From the NCBI GenBank assembly GCA_000004985.1, contig GG738862.1: a stretch of 64,000 bases of DNA, one strand, 5' to 3'. Below the pieces are notes generated by a model. It ran no database searches and had not been told where the DNA came from. It saw only the letters and a program-made list of their open reading frames with translations. Each line of letters starts with the position of its first letter. Position 1 is the first letter of the stretch. The translations under genes were made by a program, and so were the position numbers. Shown here piece by piece: positions 32,099-44,423 of the stretch. This DNA comes from Naegleria gruberi. Taxonomy: Eukaryota.

Positions 32099-33418
32099 TT
32101 ACAAATCAGCTGATTCAACATCAATATGTGGAGTCAATTCATATCTATAGACCTTATTGTTGGAACTTGTTACGAGATATGGGAAACCATAACCACTTGA
32201 AATGCGAGAGGGAGATGTTTTGATGATCTTACCAGTGGAAATATCGTATTGAATATAAATGCTGTTTTCTGCTGAATATTCCATTGATAGAATGGTCTTG
32301 GAGTCAATTTGGGCAATTACGAGGGCAGAAGTGTCAGTTGACCAAATCAAGTTTGGTTCGTTTGGCAATGGCTTTAAGGAATTTTTATCAAATCTGGATT
32401 TGACTGCAATAATCTTTTCTGAGCCTCCAAAACCTGAAGTTATTTCACACTTGACAATTGACGTAATTTCCAAAATATTTCCAGTTTGATTGGCAGTAGC
32501 AATTGGATAAGAACAAGCTGAATTAGAATCAACATGTGGCATATGTCTAGTACTCATCACTTCAAGTCTTGTTTCAATTTGGTTTTCAATATTAAGGAAA
32601 GATACAGAAATAGAAGTATCGTTTGCTAAAGTAACCGAAACCCATCCATTCACACCACTCACATATGCGATATTATCAATATCATGTGGGAATTTGAATG
32701 AAGATATGATCCGACCATCGTTTACACGAATTTTGTGCAAAATGTTGTAATCAGCTGCATAAATGACATCATCCTTGCTATTTGCAGAGTTGACCAAAAT
32801 CATTTCACTTCCAGTAACGTTTGCAGTCCACTTCAATTGGAGAGTAGTGGCATCTAAACCAAGAATGGAAGGAGGAGAAGTTCCAATAATGTAAAAATTT
32901 TGAGTTTCAGCTAAAACTGAAGTATAAATGTTTGTTCTTTCAAAATGCGAAACTTGGCCGATTCTATTGGAAAGGTCAACTCTGACAATTAAGGAATCGT
33001 CACCACTCAAAAGAATGGTAGCGAAATAATTTCCCTTACTATCAAGACGAGCACTTGAAATACCAACAAAACCATCATACTTTTCAAAATTTGGAATTGT
33101 GACATGAATGAAATTGGACTTGCCACTTGTCATGTCAATTTCAAGCAAAGTAAATGGTTTAAAGGAATATTGAGTGTATGATTTTCCACGTACTGTATCA
33201 AAAACTGTTTCTTCAACACCATTAGTGCCATCATTAGGAAATGGCACTTTAATATTCCATGGAGCATGTTGTTTGTTGAATAAGATTCTGCTAGATCTAT
33301 ACGAATCATAACCTCCCTGGACGAATTGACCATTCACATGCACGTTAATACAGAGGAGTACTACCATCAACAAGAAGGCCATTGCCAACTTGTTTAAATT
33401 GTTTCTAACAATTTGCAT
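32099..33418 (-). CDS. Hypothetical secreted beta-rich (propeller-like) protein of about 440 aa
   Basis: Internal Met with signal peptide MQIVRNNLNKLAMAFLLMVVLLCINVHVNG. Rest is beta-strand-like with N-glycosylation sequons. No named domain. Confidence 0.5.
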   Translation of the reverse strand: MQIVRNNLNKLAMAFLLMVVLLCINVHVNGQFVQGGYDSYRSSRILFNKQHAPWNIKVPFPNDGTNGVEETVFDTVRGKSYTQYSFKPFTLLEIDMTSGKSNFIHVTIPNFEKYDGFVGISSARLDSKGNYFATILLSGDDSLIVRVDLSNRIGQVSHFERTNIYTSVLAETQNFYIIGTSPPSILGLDATTLQLKWTANVTGSEMILVNSANSKDDVIYAADYNILHKIRVNDGRIISSFKFPHDIDNIAYVSGVNGWVSVTLANDTSISVSFLNIENQIETRLEVMSTRHMPHVDSNSACSYPIATANQTGNILEITSIVKCEITSGFGGSEKIIAVKSRFDKNSLKPLPNEPNLIWSTDTSALVIAQIDSKTILSMEYSAENSIYIQYDISTGKIIKTSPSRISSGYGFPYLVTSSNNKVYRYELTPHIDVESADL

Positions 33419-33736
33419 TTTTTTTTTTGATTGTGAAATTCGACACAAGATTACGCTTCGATTTAAACTGTGTGGAATATGCAACGGAGATGAAAAAGGC
33501 AATTTATTTGAAATAATCAAATAGCGTTTTGAAATTGTAGAAATTTGTGCGTCCTTTTTTGAGAATAACAGGGAGTTTAAACTCCCTTTGATTTGCATTA
33601 TGTTTACAATTCTCTCCCGTACTAATTGCCCATAAGGAAAGAAGCGAAAGAATCCAAAGCGCACAACTGAAAAACCTTGATGTTGAGTTGTTTTTGAAAA
33701 CTAAATGTTGTGATTGTTATTGTATAATATATTAGT

Positions 33737-35173
33737 TTATTGTTCATCTGAAGAATCGTCATTCTTTTCACCTGAATTCAAAACTACAGCATCGCTTTCT
33801 ACCTTAATATCCTTTTCAGAGACGAATCTGTCAATATCCTCGAATGCAGATTTAATGCCACTGACTTCATCCATTAAGAATCTGCACAAGTGATTGGTAA
33901 TTTCTCTGAGGGAGAGTTTGTGATTGCTTGCCTTTTCAGTGTACAATTCTTGAATGGTTATTTCTTTGGAATTTTCTGGATAAATTGGAGTTTCAAATAA
34001 TTCAAACACTCTCTTCTTGATACTTTCCTTATCATTCAAATTGAAATGCCAAATTCCATTCATTCTACTCAAAAAGGCCTTATTCAACTTGATATCTTCT
34101 GTGTTATTGGCAGAGAAGAATCGAATAACACCATCAGAAGGTTCAACACCATCAATTGAATTCAAAATATTTGACATTTCATTGGCAGTACATGAATCCA
34201 AGTATCTGTCAAAATCTTCAATCAAAACCACATAGTATTGATTTTGTTTTGGATTAACAACTGTTTCACATTCATCATAACATTCCTCATCACAATCAGA
34301 ACATTCAAATTCCTTCTTCTCTTCAGCAGCTTGTTTGAAAATAATCTTGGAAGGTGTCAGAATTGTCTTGACAGCATCAGAATCCTTAATATGTTGACAA
34401 TCTTTCAAATTGGCAGTGTAAATATCCAAATTATACTTGGTTGCAATGGCACGAGCAAATGATGATTTTCCTGTACCTGGAGGACCATGTACGAAATAGT
34501 TCAATGAACAGCTCTTACCAACCTTGTGCAACTTGTCAATTTTTTGATGAATAATATTGAAATCTCTTTCAAACATGTCAAACTTGTCATCAATACCATA
34601 AACATGGGACTGTTCCAATTCAATATATTGATACTTTCTCATCCAATATTCTTCCTTGACATTGTAGGCATATAAATTTCTTCCAGGTTTTGGACTTCTT
34701 GCATTATTGACATACCACTCTACCAAATTTTGAACTCTTCTTGTAGGATAAACAATTAGAATGCTTTCTGGATAGATGGCCCTTGTTGTTGATCCATTTT
34801 CAGCTGGTCTTTCGATTTCTCTACTCGGAACATAATACACAGCAAGTGAATGTTTCACTCCAGCTTTTGGTCGATTGATCTTTGCAAAATTCTCATCAGA
34901 ATAAGATTTACAATCAATAACCATGGATTCATTGAATTCCAATAAAGTTTCCTCACCTTCCTTTGCAACCAAATGTCTACCCTGCTCATCAACCATCAAC
35001 ATTCTTAATTGATTCTGAAAAGTGGTGTAGAATCGTTGTTGGAAACACCAACATTGACTATCATTATCATAGCCGGCAATAACATGAGGAGAAGGATACT
35101 TTTCCAATAGGAATTTATAATCAACAAAGGTAGAATCAATCTTTGTTATGAGAGTGGTCGAAGAAGAGGCCAT
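33737..35173 (-). CDS. AAA+ ATPase of the BCS1-like family
   Basis: Walker A HGPPGTGKSSFARAIA, Walker B region VVLIEDFD, and LNSIDGV resemble BCS1. The N-terminal BCS1-N-like region precedes the AAA core. Confidence 0.75.
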   Translation of the reverse strand: MASSSTTLITKIDSTFVDYKFLLEKYPSPHVIAGYDNDSQCWCFQQRFYTTFQNQLRMLMVDEQGRHLVAKEGEETLLEFNESMVIDCKSYSDENFAKINRPKAGVKHSLAVYYVPSREIERPAENGSTTRAIYPESILIVYPTRRVQNLVEWYVNNARSPKPGRNLYAYNVKEEYWMRKYQYIELEQSHVYGIDDKFDMFERDFNIIHQKIDKLHKVGKSCSLNYFVHGPPGTGKSSFARAIATKYNLDIYTANLKDCQHIKDSDAVKTILTPSKIIFKQAAEEKKEFECSDCDEECYDECETVVNPKQNQYYVVLIEDFDRYLDSCTANEMSNILNSIDGVEPSDGVIRFFSANNTEDIKLNKAFLSRMNGIWHFNLNDKESIKKRVFELFETPIYPENSKEITIQELYTEKASNHKLSLREITNHLCRFLMDEVSGIKSAFEDIDRFVSEKDIKVESDAVVLNSGEKNDDSSDEQ

Positions 35174-35522
35174 TATATGATTGTTTTGTTTTTCTTTTTG
35201 ATGGTATTTCTTGATAATTTACGAGCTATTTATTTTTAGCATTCAGTTCAAAATATTGAATCTTCATAGTAATTGAACCTGACAGTTCCATGTTGAACCA
35301 TATGGTTACAAATTCTTAGAAATCGTTGACTTAAAAAAGAGGGTTATCACTTAACTATTGCATGAATAAAGGACAACAAACACTTTGGAGGTTGAATCTG
35401 ATGATTCAATTGTGAAAAGAAAAGTACAAGATAAGGAAGGAATAACCAGATCTTGCCTTGCGATTCAACACTAAATTTGCCAACCACTCTCAAAATATCG
35501 TACAAAAACAAAAAGAGTAAAA

Positions 35523-35642
35523 GACTACAGCACCACAGGTTCCCAAGTTGTCTCCAACCTCAGTACTGATGTGGCTCGACGATGCTTAACTTCTCAAATC
35601 GGACGGGATGAGGTGCATTCATCGTGATATGGCCGTAGCCAT
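35523..35642 (-). rRNA. 5S ribosomal RNA (eukaryotic type), 120 nt, followed by a TTTT terminator
   Basis: Reverse complement ATGGCTACGGCCATATCACGATGAATGCACC…CCGATTTGAGAAGTTAAGCATCGTCGAGCC…AGTACTGAGGTTGGAGACAACTTGGGAACCTGTGGTGCTGTAGTC matches the 5S consensus block by block (recalled: CTACGGCCATACCAC…GAAGCTAAGCAG…AGTACTTGGATGGGAGACC…GGTGCTGTAG). Helix I pairs GGCTAC with GTAGTC. Confidence 0.85.
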
Positions 35643-36167
35643 CCATAACCTCAAAAATATTCTGATGAACAAGCACTGTGATCCTGAGGTAAGTCCATGA
35701 AAATGTTGCAAGTTTGAATATATAGTTTCTCCTTTCAATCCATTCTGTTGATTACTCCTTAATCAAAATCCTTAATCAAAATCTGTAATTAGCAATCAAC
35801 TCAGTCAATTAGAATCACTTCCGAGCTAAATAAATGGAAGAATCAACCTAGCAAAAAACACAAAAGTGCTCCATTCACTTTCCGACTTGATGAAAAAACG
35901 TCCTCGTCCTTCTTCCGTGAGCGCGTTCTAACGTTTTTCAACAACTTGGTGAGCTGCTACAACTACGCACGTTCTTTTTCGTCATGGTGAAAATCCGAAC
36001 AATAGAAAAAGACCGTTGGAGTTTTATCTTCAACATAAATATTGGTGAGACTGCATGAAGGAACAAAAACACAATCAAAAAAAAAAGACTCAACAACTAA
36101 TTGTTCTATTGAAGAACTAACAACAACAAGATATCTTGATATCAAAAGAAAACATTAGAAAATAAGA

Positions 36168-36428
36168 ATGAACGCTGTTATTATTCCATCAAATACTTCT
36201 GCTACTCATAAGAAGATGCATGCCAAGAAACATTCACCCCTATCAGAGAGAAGAACCTTCTCAAGTGAATTAACTGTCAATTTGACTTCAGATAGAACTG
36301 CAATTGCTAATACTGCCAATCCAAAGAAGATCTATCATATGTCTCAATATTATACCAGAGACGAAATTGAAGAAATTTATTTCGAATGGTTGGCCACTAC
36401 TGAGTATATTAAGCTCTATGAAGATTAA
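36168..36428 (+). CDS. Hypothetical small protein (86 aa)
   Basis: Isolated ATG ORF with no recognisable motif. Confidence 0.2.
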   Translation: MNAVIIPSNTSATHKKMHAKKHSPLSERRTFSSELTVNLTSDRTAIANTANPKKIYHMSQYYTRDEIEEIYFEWLATTEYIKLYED

Positions 36429-36671
36429 TTCCTACAAATGAAGATTATTCGAAATAATCACTTGTCATTTAAGGAATTGAAAAGAATTGGTTGTGTTTGT
36501 TAACATCAAGAAAATGAAACGTATTCAATGCATGAAATTATCAAAAAACACTTGTAAATAGTAAACTGCTAATTTAACTTTAAAAATTGATTCCAATTCT
36601 TGTTACTTTTGCCTAAAATACGTGTAATTTAAAGTATACTTTCCAAATTAAATTATGAGCAAAGCCTCAAT

Positions 36672-38892
36672 TCAAAAGGCTAGGGTTCTAATGACACTAT
36701 CTTTATGTTTTGGAGTGTTCTTCCTCAAAAAGTAGTCCTTATCTTGAAAGTATGTTTTAACAATTTTTGCCTTTTGCTTTAAATGAACAAGCTGTGGAGT
36801 AGCATTATTCTCTGAAGGAATAAATAAAAGATCGAGTAAACTAAAAGCATCCATTCTCTTATCCATAGACTTGACCAGTATCTTTTTTTTGATAATGGAA
36901 AGAATGATACTTTCATCATTTGAAAGGTCCACATCTTCCAAATAACCTTCAACAGTCTCTTCATCTTCTAAAAATTCCAACCTCTCCTCATGAATAATTT
37001 CTAACAGAACCATTCCCAATGAATAAATATCGCTCTTTGGGGAAATTAAATTTTTCTCAACTCTCTCAGGAGATCTGTATCCTGCAACATTAAGGGATGT
37101 GTAAAATAGGTTGAGTAGTTTGTAAACTTACCTTCTGAAAAATTCTTTGATGTCAGTGGATTCAAGTTCTTATCTACACATATTCCATCTTCAAGAGAAA
37201 ATTTCGTTGCTATTTCAAAATCTATCAAAAACCAATGCTTATCATACAACACAATATTTTCTGGTTTGATATCATTATGTGTAATTTGGTGTTTTTGTAA
37301 GAAACAGAGCTGAACAAGCAAATCAATGAAAAAAGCCATAATATTAATCTTCTTTCCCTTATTAAAGAACCTAGTCATACATTTACCAGCTAATGAAAGT
37401 GAAAAATTCCCATCAATCATTGGAGCATACAGAGTTAGGAAGTTATATCTTATAGAATCCTCATTAATGTTAATATTTGGTTGGTATTTAATAAAATACT
37501 CAACGCCATTAATTTTCCCCTTTTTGAGAGTTGAGCGGGTTTGGATTGGGTCAAAATTTTTGTCGTATTCTATCAATTGATTGTCTGCATCTAATTTAGG
37601 AAATGAAATTTCATTCTTTTGGTTGGATGACATCATACTTATTTGGCGTTGTGTAGTTAAATATTCGGTAACCTCTTCATTATTTGGATAAATGAGAGCT
37701 GTCATAATTCTAGCAATGAGATGAATTCGATCCATAACAACTTCGTGCTTATAGGATCCAATGAATGAAAGAGTAAAATTTGAAAGAGTTATGGATTTAC
37801 CATTCAAGCTGATTGATGAGCAGTGCAAAGAATACAAATGAGATGCCTGTCTGTCTGTTGTGATACCTAGAACTAATACTTGATTGTGCCATTCCTCAAT
37901 ATCTTTCTTGATAAGCTGCCTCATGGCATGAGAGAGGGCAATCTTCATCTGAGAAATGAGAGCTATAAAGTCCTTGTGGCTGGTGTGACTTTGATAAATA
38001 TCCGGCGAATCTTCTCTGATAACCCTAATGCATTTGTAACTATTTTTAAAAGTAACAATGGTAATATCGTCAGGTCTAAAGTCGGGAATGCTGGCCTGAA
38101 GATTGCCATCCAAACTGCCAACAAAATCTTGAATGCTAGAATTTCTGAACACCTCGAGATTAGTATTTAAAATCAAGTAACTTACGATCCTCCTGAACAG
38201 CCAGAAAAAATAGAGGTAAATCCCATTATTGGAGCAAAATATAATCTGGTAAGTTCCATTTCACTCTCCTCCATTGAATTACGAAATGGAGGGATTATTG
38301 AGCTGAATATTAAATTGTCTATTGTTTTCAATCGAAGATTATAGGATGACACATTATTGGTTGCATCAATTTGATATTCTATATTTTCGTATTTCTTGTC
38401 CAATTTTAGCCCTTCTTTCCTTAACTCATAAATTAGGGTCGAAATATCAGGATTTTGAAGATATCCAAGCAATAATGCTTGAATATTTTCTATTGTTTTC
38501 TTTTTTTCTTCGAATAAAGGATTAGTTTGACTGTTGTTCAATGTGATACCAAAGCCATACAAGGTATATTTGAATATGTTTGCCAGCTTGCTATTGTTGA
38601 TTGAAAAATGAGCAGGAAATTGAACTTTTTTGATATCCTCCAAGTTTGCAATGTTATGGTTATTTACAATATCGTTAAGTTTCCTTTTGGACGGTCTTTT
38701 CAAAGTCTTTTCGTTAATATTGTAAAATTTGGAAACAATATTAAGGGAGACAGCCATTTGCACATTCTCTATGACTTTTTTCTTACAATATTCTTTTTGT
38801 TTGTTAGACTTTTCTGAAGTTTCATTGGAATGTCGGTCATTGATTTTCTTTCGTTTGTTCTCTGCAATTAAGGTGGAAGCTTTTCTTTTCAT
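36672..38892 (-). CDS. Protein kinase-like protein with variant catalytic motifs (HNDIKPEN, DFE), possibly a pseudokinase. Three exons, introns about 38145..38185 (41 nt) and 37082..37131 (50 nt).
   Basis: HNDIKPENIVL and LIDFEIATKF sit in exon 2. Splice …NFSE|G YRSPERVEKNLISPKSDIYSLGMVLLEI restores subdomains VIII/IX. A K-rich N-terminal exon is joined by a GTAAGT…GTTCAG intron (phase 2). The listed upstream ORF starts at GTG. The first in-frame ATG is at 38892. Confidence 0.65.
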
Positions 38893-40057
38893 TTTTTTTG
38901 AAAATAATGGCGCCAAAAAGGCTGAGTTGCTGTCCACGTTCTTCTTTTCTTCATCATGTAAGGCAAAAGTATCTCGTTCTAAATTTCTAATGTGATCGAT
39001 ATCATCTGTTTGTGGTTGGTTTTTGTTCTTCTTTTTGGTATTCGATTGTTGGGATGATGCAATTAATTGGAAGAATGGACTCTTTCTTAGTTTTGGTTTG
39101 AATTTTTACACTTGGAGGGTAGAAAGCAAGAATTAGAGCATCATCATTTCAAATGACTTCAGCTTGTAAAGATTTAAATTTACCAAATGATGCCTTTCCC
39201 TGCTTCCTCACCATCCTGCAAATATTGGTTTAAGCTTGAATTACTAAGTAACTCATCTAGAAAATCAGCTGAATGTTTTGCATATCATCATTGATGAATA
39301 TTTTGATGAATACTAGATGTGAAGTAATAAGAAGAACAGTGCTGTTAGATAACATCCAGGGGATGTATTCATTATTGTATTGATGAAGATTAACCATGTG
39401 GATGATGAATCGTTATTGTTAGGAAGTATGCAAAAATTCAACTTTCCAATCTCGTAGTTTTAAACAACTCTAAAAACATTAAATTCCCACATCAGGATGG
39501 TACGATAACATACCTTCTCCTGTTGTTGAAATTGAGCAAGTTATAAAGATGTGGTGAAATAATATTCGCACCACATTCTCCAACTCTACTCAAAGGAAAG
39601 TTTTGAGACTTCTTGGATGATGATATTGATCATTTAGAACAAGTATTATAATACATGATGTTCTTGTTGCTCTAGTTGCATCATTAAAGATGAAAATATT
39701 AATATTAATAAATTGATGAAATTATTCTTGAATTAAAACGCTCGGATACACATCATTGGTATATTGATGATTGTTAACATATGATGAAGATTTTAATCCA
39801 TGAATTCAACAAAGGTTTTCATCAGTTAATAATTTGCCTTTTAAAATTCGTAATTCATGATGGAATACAACAAAAACATCTTCCATACATTCCAACTATC
39901 CTATCATGTTGTGTATTAAATGTTTTTTCCCAAAATGAAGACTTGCTTTTGAATGGTGATGAGTAAATTTTTTTAATATTAAATACGTAAAAATATTATT
40001 GTAAAAATTATTAAATATTAAATTAATTTTACAAAATAAAACTATATTAGATTAATT

Positions 40058-41347
40058 TTACTTCTTTTTTTGTCTTCTTAACGCTAAAGTTACTTTAACT
40101 GTTAAAAAAGCATTATCAATTTCCAATGAAATTAATTCAGGTAATTCACCAATTGCAATTGCTCCTTTCATACTCAAATAATTACTCATCAAATTGACAC
40201 TTGTCAATTGTTTCATTCTTTCACTAATTAACAAAACTCCTTCATCATCAATTTCATTAAATTTTGCATCTAAATGAACTAATTGATCTAGTTCACAAAT
40301 CCATTCCACACATTTCGAATTTAGCCTATTAAATCCAATGGAAAGAGAAGTGAGAGTTTTTAAATTACTGATTGATCTGATTCCTGCAACAGTTATATGA
40401 TTTTCAGTGATATCCAAATCAGTTAAATGTTTCATATTCAGACTAATCAATAGAGCTCCTTTGTCACCGATTTGATTGTAATTGAGATTCAATCTGGTCA
40501 ATTTAACCAATTCACAAAGATGTTGAACTCCCTCTTGTCCAATAGAATTTTTTTTGATATTCAATTCTGTCAAATTTTTCAATTTTCCAATTGATCTAGC
40601 TCCATCTGTCGTTATCGAATTATTCTCAACATTTAATCGTGTCAATTGTTGCATTTCACCAATTACTGATGCTCCTATCATTCCAATTTCATTATTTCCA
40701 ATATCTAGAGTATGTAAATGTTTCAATTCCTTAATTGGTAAAATTAATGAAATCATATTTCTTTGAATATACAATTCTTCCAAATTTATCATTTCTCCAA
40801 TAAAGTTAACTGCGTTATATCTGATAGTATTATTCTCAATCTTGAGAAGTTTCAAACGTGGAGCGAGTGGCCTTAATGTATCAAAGAGTAATTCCCCAAA
40901 AATGATATTTTCACTTAAAAAAAGTTTCGTCAAGTTTTTCATCTTTTCAATGGTTCGCCAAAATTCCAATAAAGTGTCGAAAACAATTCGGACACTTCTA
41001 ATAGATTCTAAGAACTGGCTACTGGCAAGTAATTTAACATTTTTTGCACTGATCACCTTTTTAAATTCAATATCAAGTTTCGAATAATTTCGAATGACAT
41101 TAAACCACTGTTTAGAAACCAAAGCACAATGATTCAAAACAAAATATGGACGAAGAAAAGAAAATATTTCATAGCAAATATCATCCAGAAATATTTCTAT
41201 TATTTGGTTTGAACTTTCGTAAACTTTCCAATAGTTAATTTTCATAGCCATACCTTTACGTTCCACAATTTCCGATTCCTTTTCATATTCCACTTGATCT
41301 GCACTATCTAACTGACCAACAACATTTCCTTCCAGATCTCTATGCAT
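40058..41347 (-). CDS. F-box/leucine-rich-repeat protein with RNI-like LRRs
   Basis: F-box CYEIFSFLRPYFVLNHCALVSKQWFNVI. It is followed by about 12 LRRs of the form L(T/N)xLxLxxNxIGxxGaxxI. Confidence 0.75.
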   Translation of the reverse strand: MHRDLEGNVVGQLDSADQVEYEKESEIVERKGMAMKINYWKVYESSNQIIEIFLDDICYEIFSFLRPYFVLNHCALVSKQWFNVIRNYSKLDIEFKKVISAKNVKLLASSQFLESIRSVRIVFDTLLEFWRTIEKMKNLTKLFLSENIIFGELLFDTLRPLAPRLKLLKIENNTIRYNAVNFIGEMINLEELYIQRNMISLILPIKELKHLHTLDIGNNEIGMIGASVIGEMQQLTRLNVENNSITTDGARSIGKLKNLTELNIKKNSIGQEGVQHLCELVKLTRLNLNYNQIGDKGALLISLNMKHLTDLDITENHITVAGIRSISNLKTLTSLSIGFNRLNSKCVEWICELDQLVHLDAKFNEIDDEGVLLISERMKQLTSVNLMSNYLSMKGAIAIGELPELISLEIDNAFLTVKVTLALRRQKKK

Positions 41348-41759
41348 TTTTTAAATCAATTAATTTTAATTATTATTACTAAATTTCAAAATTTTTCTCT
41401 TTCTCATTGTGAATTTTGCAATTCAAAATTTTTTTACAAAGATGCAATATTTAAATATTGTAAAGTGAAAGGAAATTGTATTGGAACAAGACGAGAGCTT
41501 TCTATTGTCTGTAATGGATAGATCGGGTAATGTCTTTCTACATTGCATTTTTAACCATGTTTACTGCCCATCAAATCATAAAATCAATCTTCACGCTATG
41601 ACAACTGACAATCTTCGATTTTCTATCATCAAGAAAAAAAATTGCTCTTCTTCAACAATAACATCTTTGCACCACCCGAATAGCTTTCTACCGGTGATCA
41701 AACTTTCAACTCAACCGATTTACCACTAAATTCTATTCGAAACTTTAAACTATTCGAAA

Positions 41760-44332
41760 ATGGTCAAGGAAGGATATTTATACAAACAAGAAAAAAGTGC
41801 TTTACGTAAAACACCTCACTGGCAAAAGTATTACTGTATATTAACAGCCGATCGTTTGGATCTATACGAAAAGGAAGGAACGAAAGGTGTGAAATTTACC
41901 CTCAAAATTAAAGATAAATATGTTTCGGAAGGATGTGATAATTTTTGTAGAAAAGTAGATACTTTCAAGATTGAAGAATCAACCAGTATGTTGTTCATGT
42001 TGTTTTTCATCATGATTTTAATCAATTTTATTATATTTGTTAATATTACTATTGTAATATTGTTATTTGTGCTTTTTATGGAATATTTAATATATTTAAT
42101 ATATTGTAAAATGTGAAATTAATAGAAAAGGTACATTATTTTAATTGTGGTTCACCTGCAGAATGTAAAGCTTGGATGAATATGTTGGCAATTCATGGAG
42201 CTAATCCAATTCAACCAACCTATCAATCAAAGGAACATTTATTCAGTACTGATTTGAATGATTTATTGGAATTTGATGATTGGTTGAAGGAAGTTAAGAA
42301 GGATTTGCCAAAATCATCTCCTACTATTATTCATTCTGGATTGACATTTATTTATGATAAGAAGGAAAAGCAATTTGTTCCAAGATTATTCCTCTTTTTG
42401 GAAAATGGTATAATTTGCTATTTTAGTAAGGATTCCGTAAGTATCTTGTTGATTTCTAATCTATTAATGTGCATTTTGATTAGAAAAAACAAATAGCTCA
42501 ATTCCCAACTCATGAATCCCAAATGAATATTTTCACACAAGCTCCAAGTGTATTGGGTCAACCAGTTTCAGTTTCTCAAAAATCCGAAACTTCTGCTGAA
42601 GGTCATTTGGATGTTACCTTACTATCACCAATCACATCTATCATTTCTGTAAAACACTTTGAAAAGATGCTTCTTTCTACAACTTATTCTGAAACTGCTT
42701 GTGATGTAATCTCCAAGTATAGATTCAATTTTATTACAAATTGTAAGTGACCTATTCATTATAATGATATTGACCTATTTTAAAGATGATGAAACCATCA
42801 TGATGATGGCTAAGGAAAAGGGAGAAATCTTAAAGTTTATTGAATGTTTCCAAAAGAGTGGCGCCAAAGTTAAAATTACAATCAGACACATCAATGAAGA
42901 TATTGATAAGGGAGATTTCACTCGTGATAGTCCACTCTTAGCTGATGTCAAGGATAGCACCAAAGTTTCATTGGGAAAGGGTAAAATTACTGAATCATTC
43001 AATGCCATGAATAAGATTGAAGTTACTGTTGAACAAGATGAAATTGTTGACATTATTGAAAATCACAAACATTTGGGAATTACCTTGATTAGAAAGACTG
43101 ATAATACTCTTGCTCAAGGTTTGGTTCCTTCTGGAAGTGTAAAGGAATTGAGAAAGAAGGAAATTCCAAAGAATCTCACTGATGGACAAAAGAAAAAGAC
43201 TGCCTCCAATCGTAGACTTCCAGATCGTAATACTAAGAATATTAGTGATAATCTTGCACTTGTTGAAATGCAACACGAATGGAATGAAAGCGTCATTGAT
43301 AGAAAGGGACCAAAATCCAAGCCTCCAGAAATGCCACCTTACGAGCTCACTAAGGAAGACAAGAGTATCTCTATACCTCCATCTCCTCCTCGTCGTTTCA
43401 CTCCAGAAATTGAATCTGCATTCAAGAAGGTTACAACCCCAGAAGTCCCATCTCGCTCAGTACCTTCACAAGATAGCAAGCCATCCTTTGCTTCTAAGCA
43501 ACCACCGCCATCACTCCCTTCAGATAATACTCCATCAAGCACAGGTACTGGACCAAAGCTTCCACCTGGAGCTTTCAATCCATTGGCTGGTAGAGGATTT
43601 GCTCTTCCAGGTTTGAAGACTGGAACTACTCCATCTACACCTCTCTCAGATTCTGGTATTTCACCATCTATTGGTTCCTCTTCAACACCAACATCTTCTC
43701 AGGAAGATAAATCCATTGATAACTTTGAAGGTTTGAGAAAGGAAAATGCTAGCTTGAAGAAACAAATCGAAACTGAAAAGGAAAACTCTGAATATTTGGA
43801 AACTCAATTAGGTCAATTGAGAGGAGAAATCTCAACTCTCAAACAAAGAAATCAAGTTTTGGAAAAGGAAAATAATGAAAATTCCACCAAATTGAAAACC
43901 TTGCAAGGATCGACTCAATCCAACGATCAAGTACAAAAGATCAATTCCCTCCTCGATACCATTAACAAGATGAAAGACGAACACGAAAAACAAATGGAAA
44001 ATCTCAAAAGGGAACACTTGGAGGAATTAGATAGAACTATTAGAAAGACCAAATTAGAAGTTGAAACTGAATCAAAGAAACAAGAATCAGCTCCTGAGGT
44101 TCCAAAGAAACCACCTCGTCCAGGTGCATTCGGAGCAAGTTTGACTCCAGTGAGTCCAGGAGGTTCCTCTTCATCTCTAGATGATCTCAAACGTGAACTC
44201 GAACAAGAACGATCCAAGAGAATGGAAGAAACCAAGGAATTGAAGGAACAATTGAGATCCATGTCTAAGAAATTGGAATTTGAAAGGGAACAACTTCGTC
44301 CACTCATGGAATGGGTTCAAACTAAAAAGTAA
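41760..44332 (+). CDS. Adaptor protein with PH domain, SH3-like domain, proline-rich region and C-terminal coiled coil. Four exons, introns about 41983..42124, 42431..42477 and 42740..42782.
   Basis: The PH domain is split by an intron of about 145 nt (GTATGT…TTAATAG). NAMNKIEVTVEQDEIVDIIE…LAQGLVPSGSVKEL resembles an SH3 fold. PPxP/SP-rich segment. K/E-rich heptad region (…LKKQIETEKENSEYLETQLGQLRGEISTLKQRNQVLEKEN…). All exons were joined in frame through GTAAGT…AG introns. The second intron acceptor is ambiguous. Confidence 0.6.
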
Positions 44333-44423
44333 ATTATTCCTTTCTCCAAAATGTAATAATAATAAATTGAGTTGATTAATTCTACGAATGAATTTAATCT
44401 GTAATCCTTATATAATACTATTG

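Noticed and set aside
38938-40057. About 1.1-kb ORF-free stretch with repeated 'gatgaa'/'tgatgaat' words, considered as an ncRNA or repeat
   Set aside because: No stable structure, tandem periodicity or TIRs could be discerned. Most likely a UTR/promoter region upstream of the kinase-like gene and downstream of the F-box/LRR gene.
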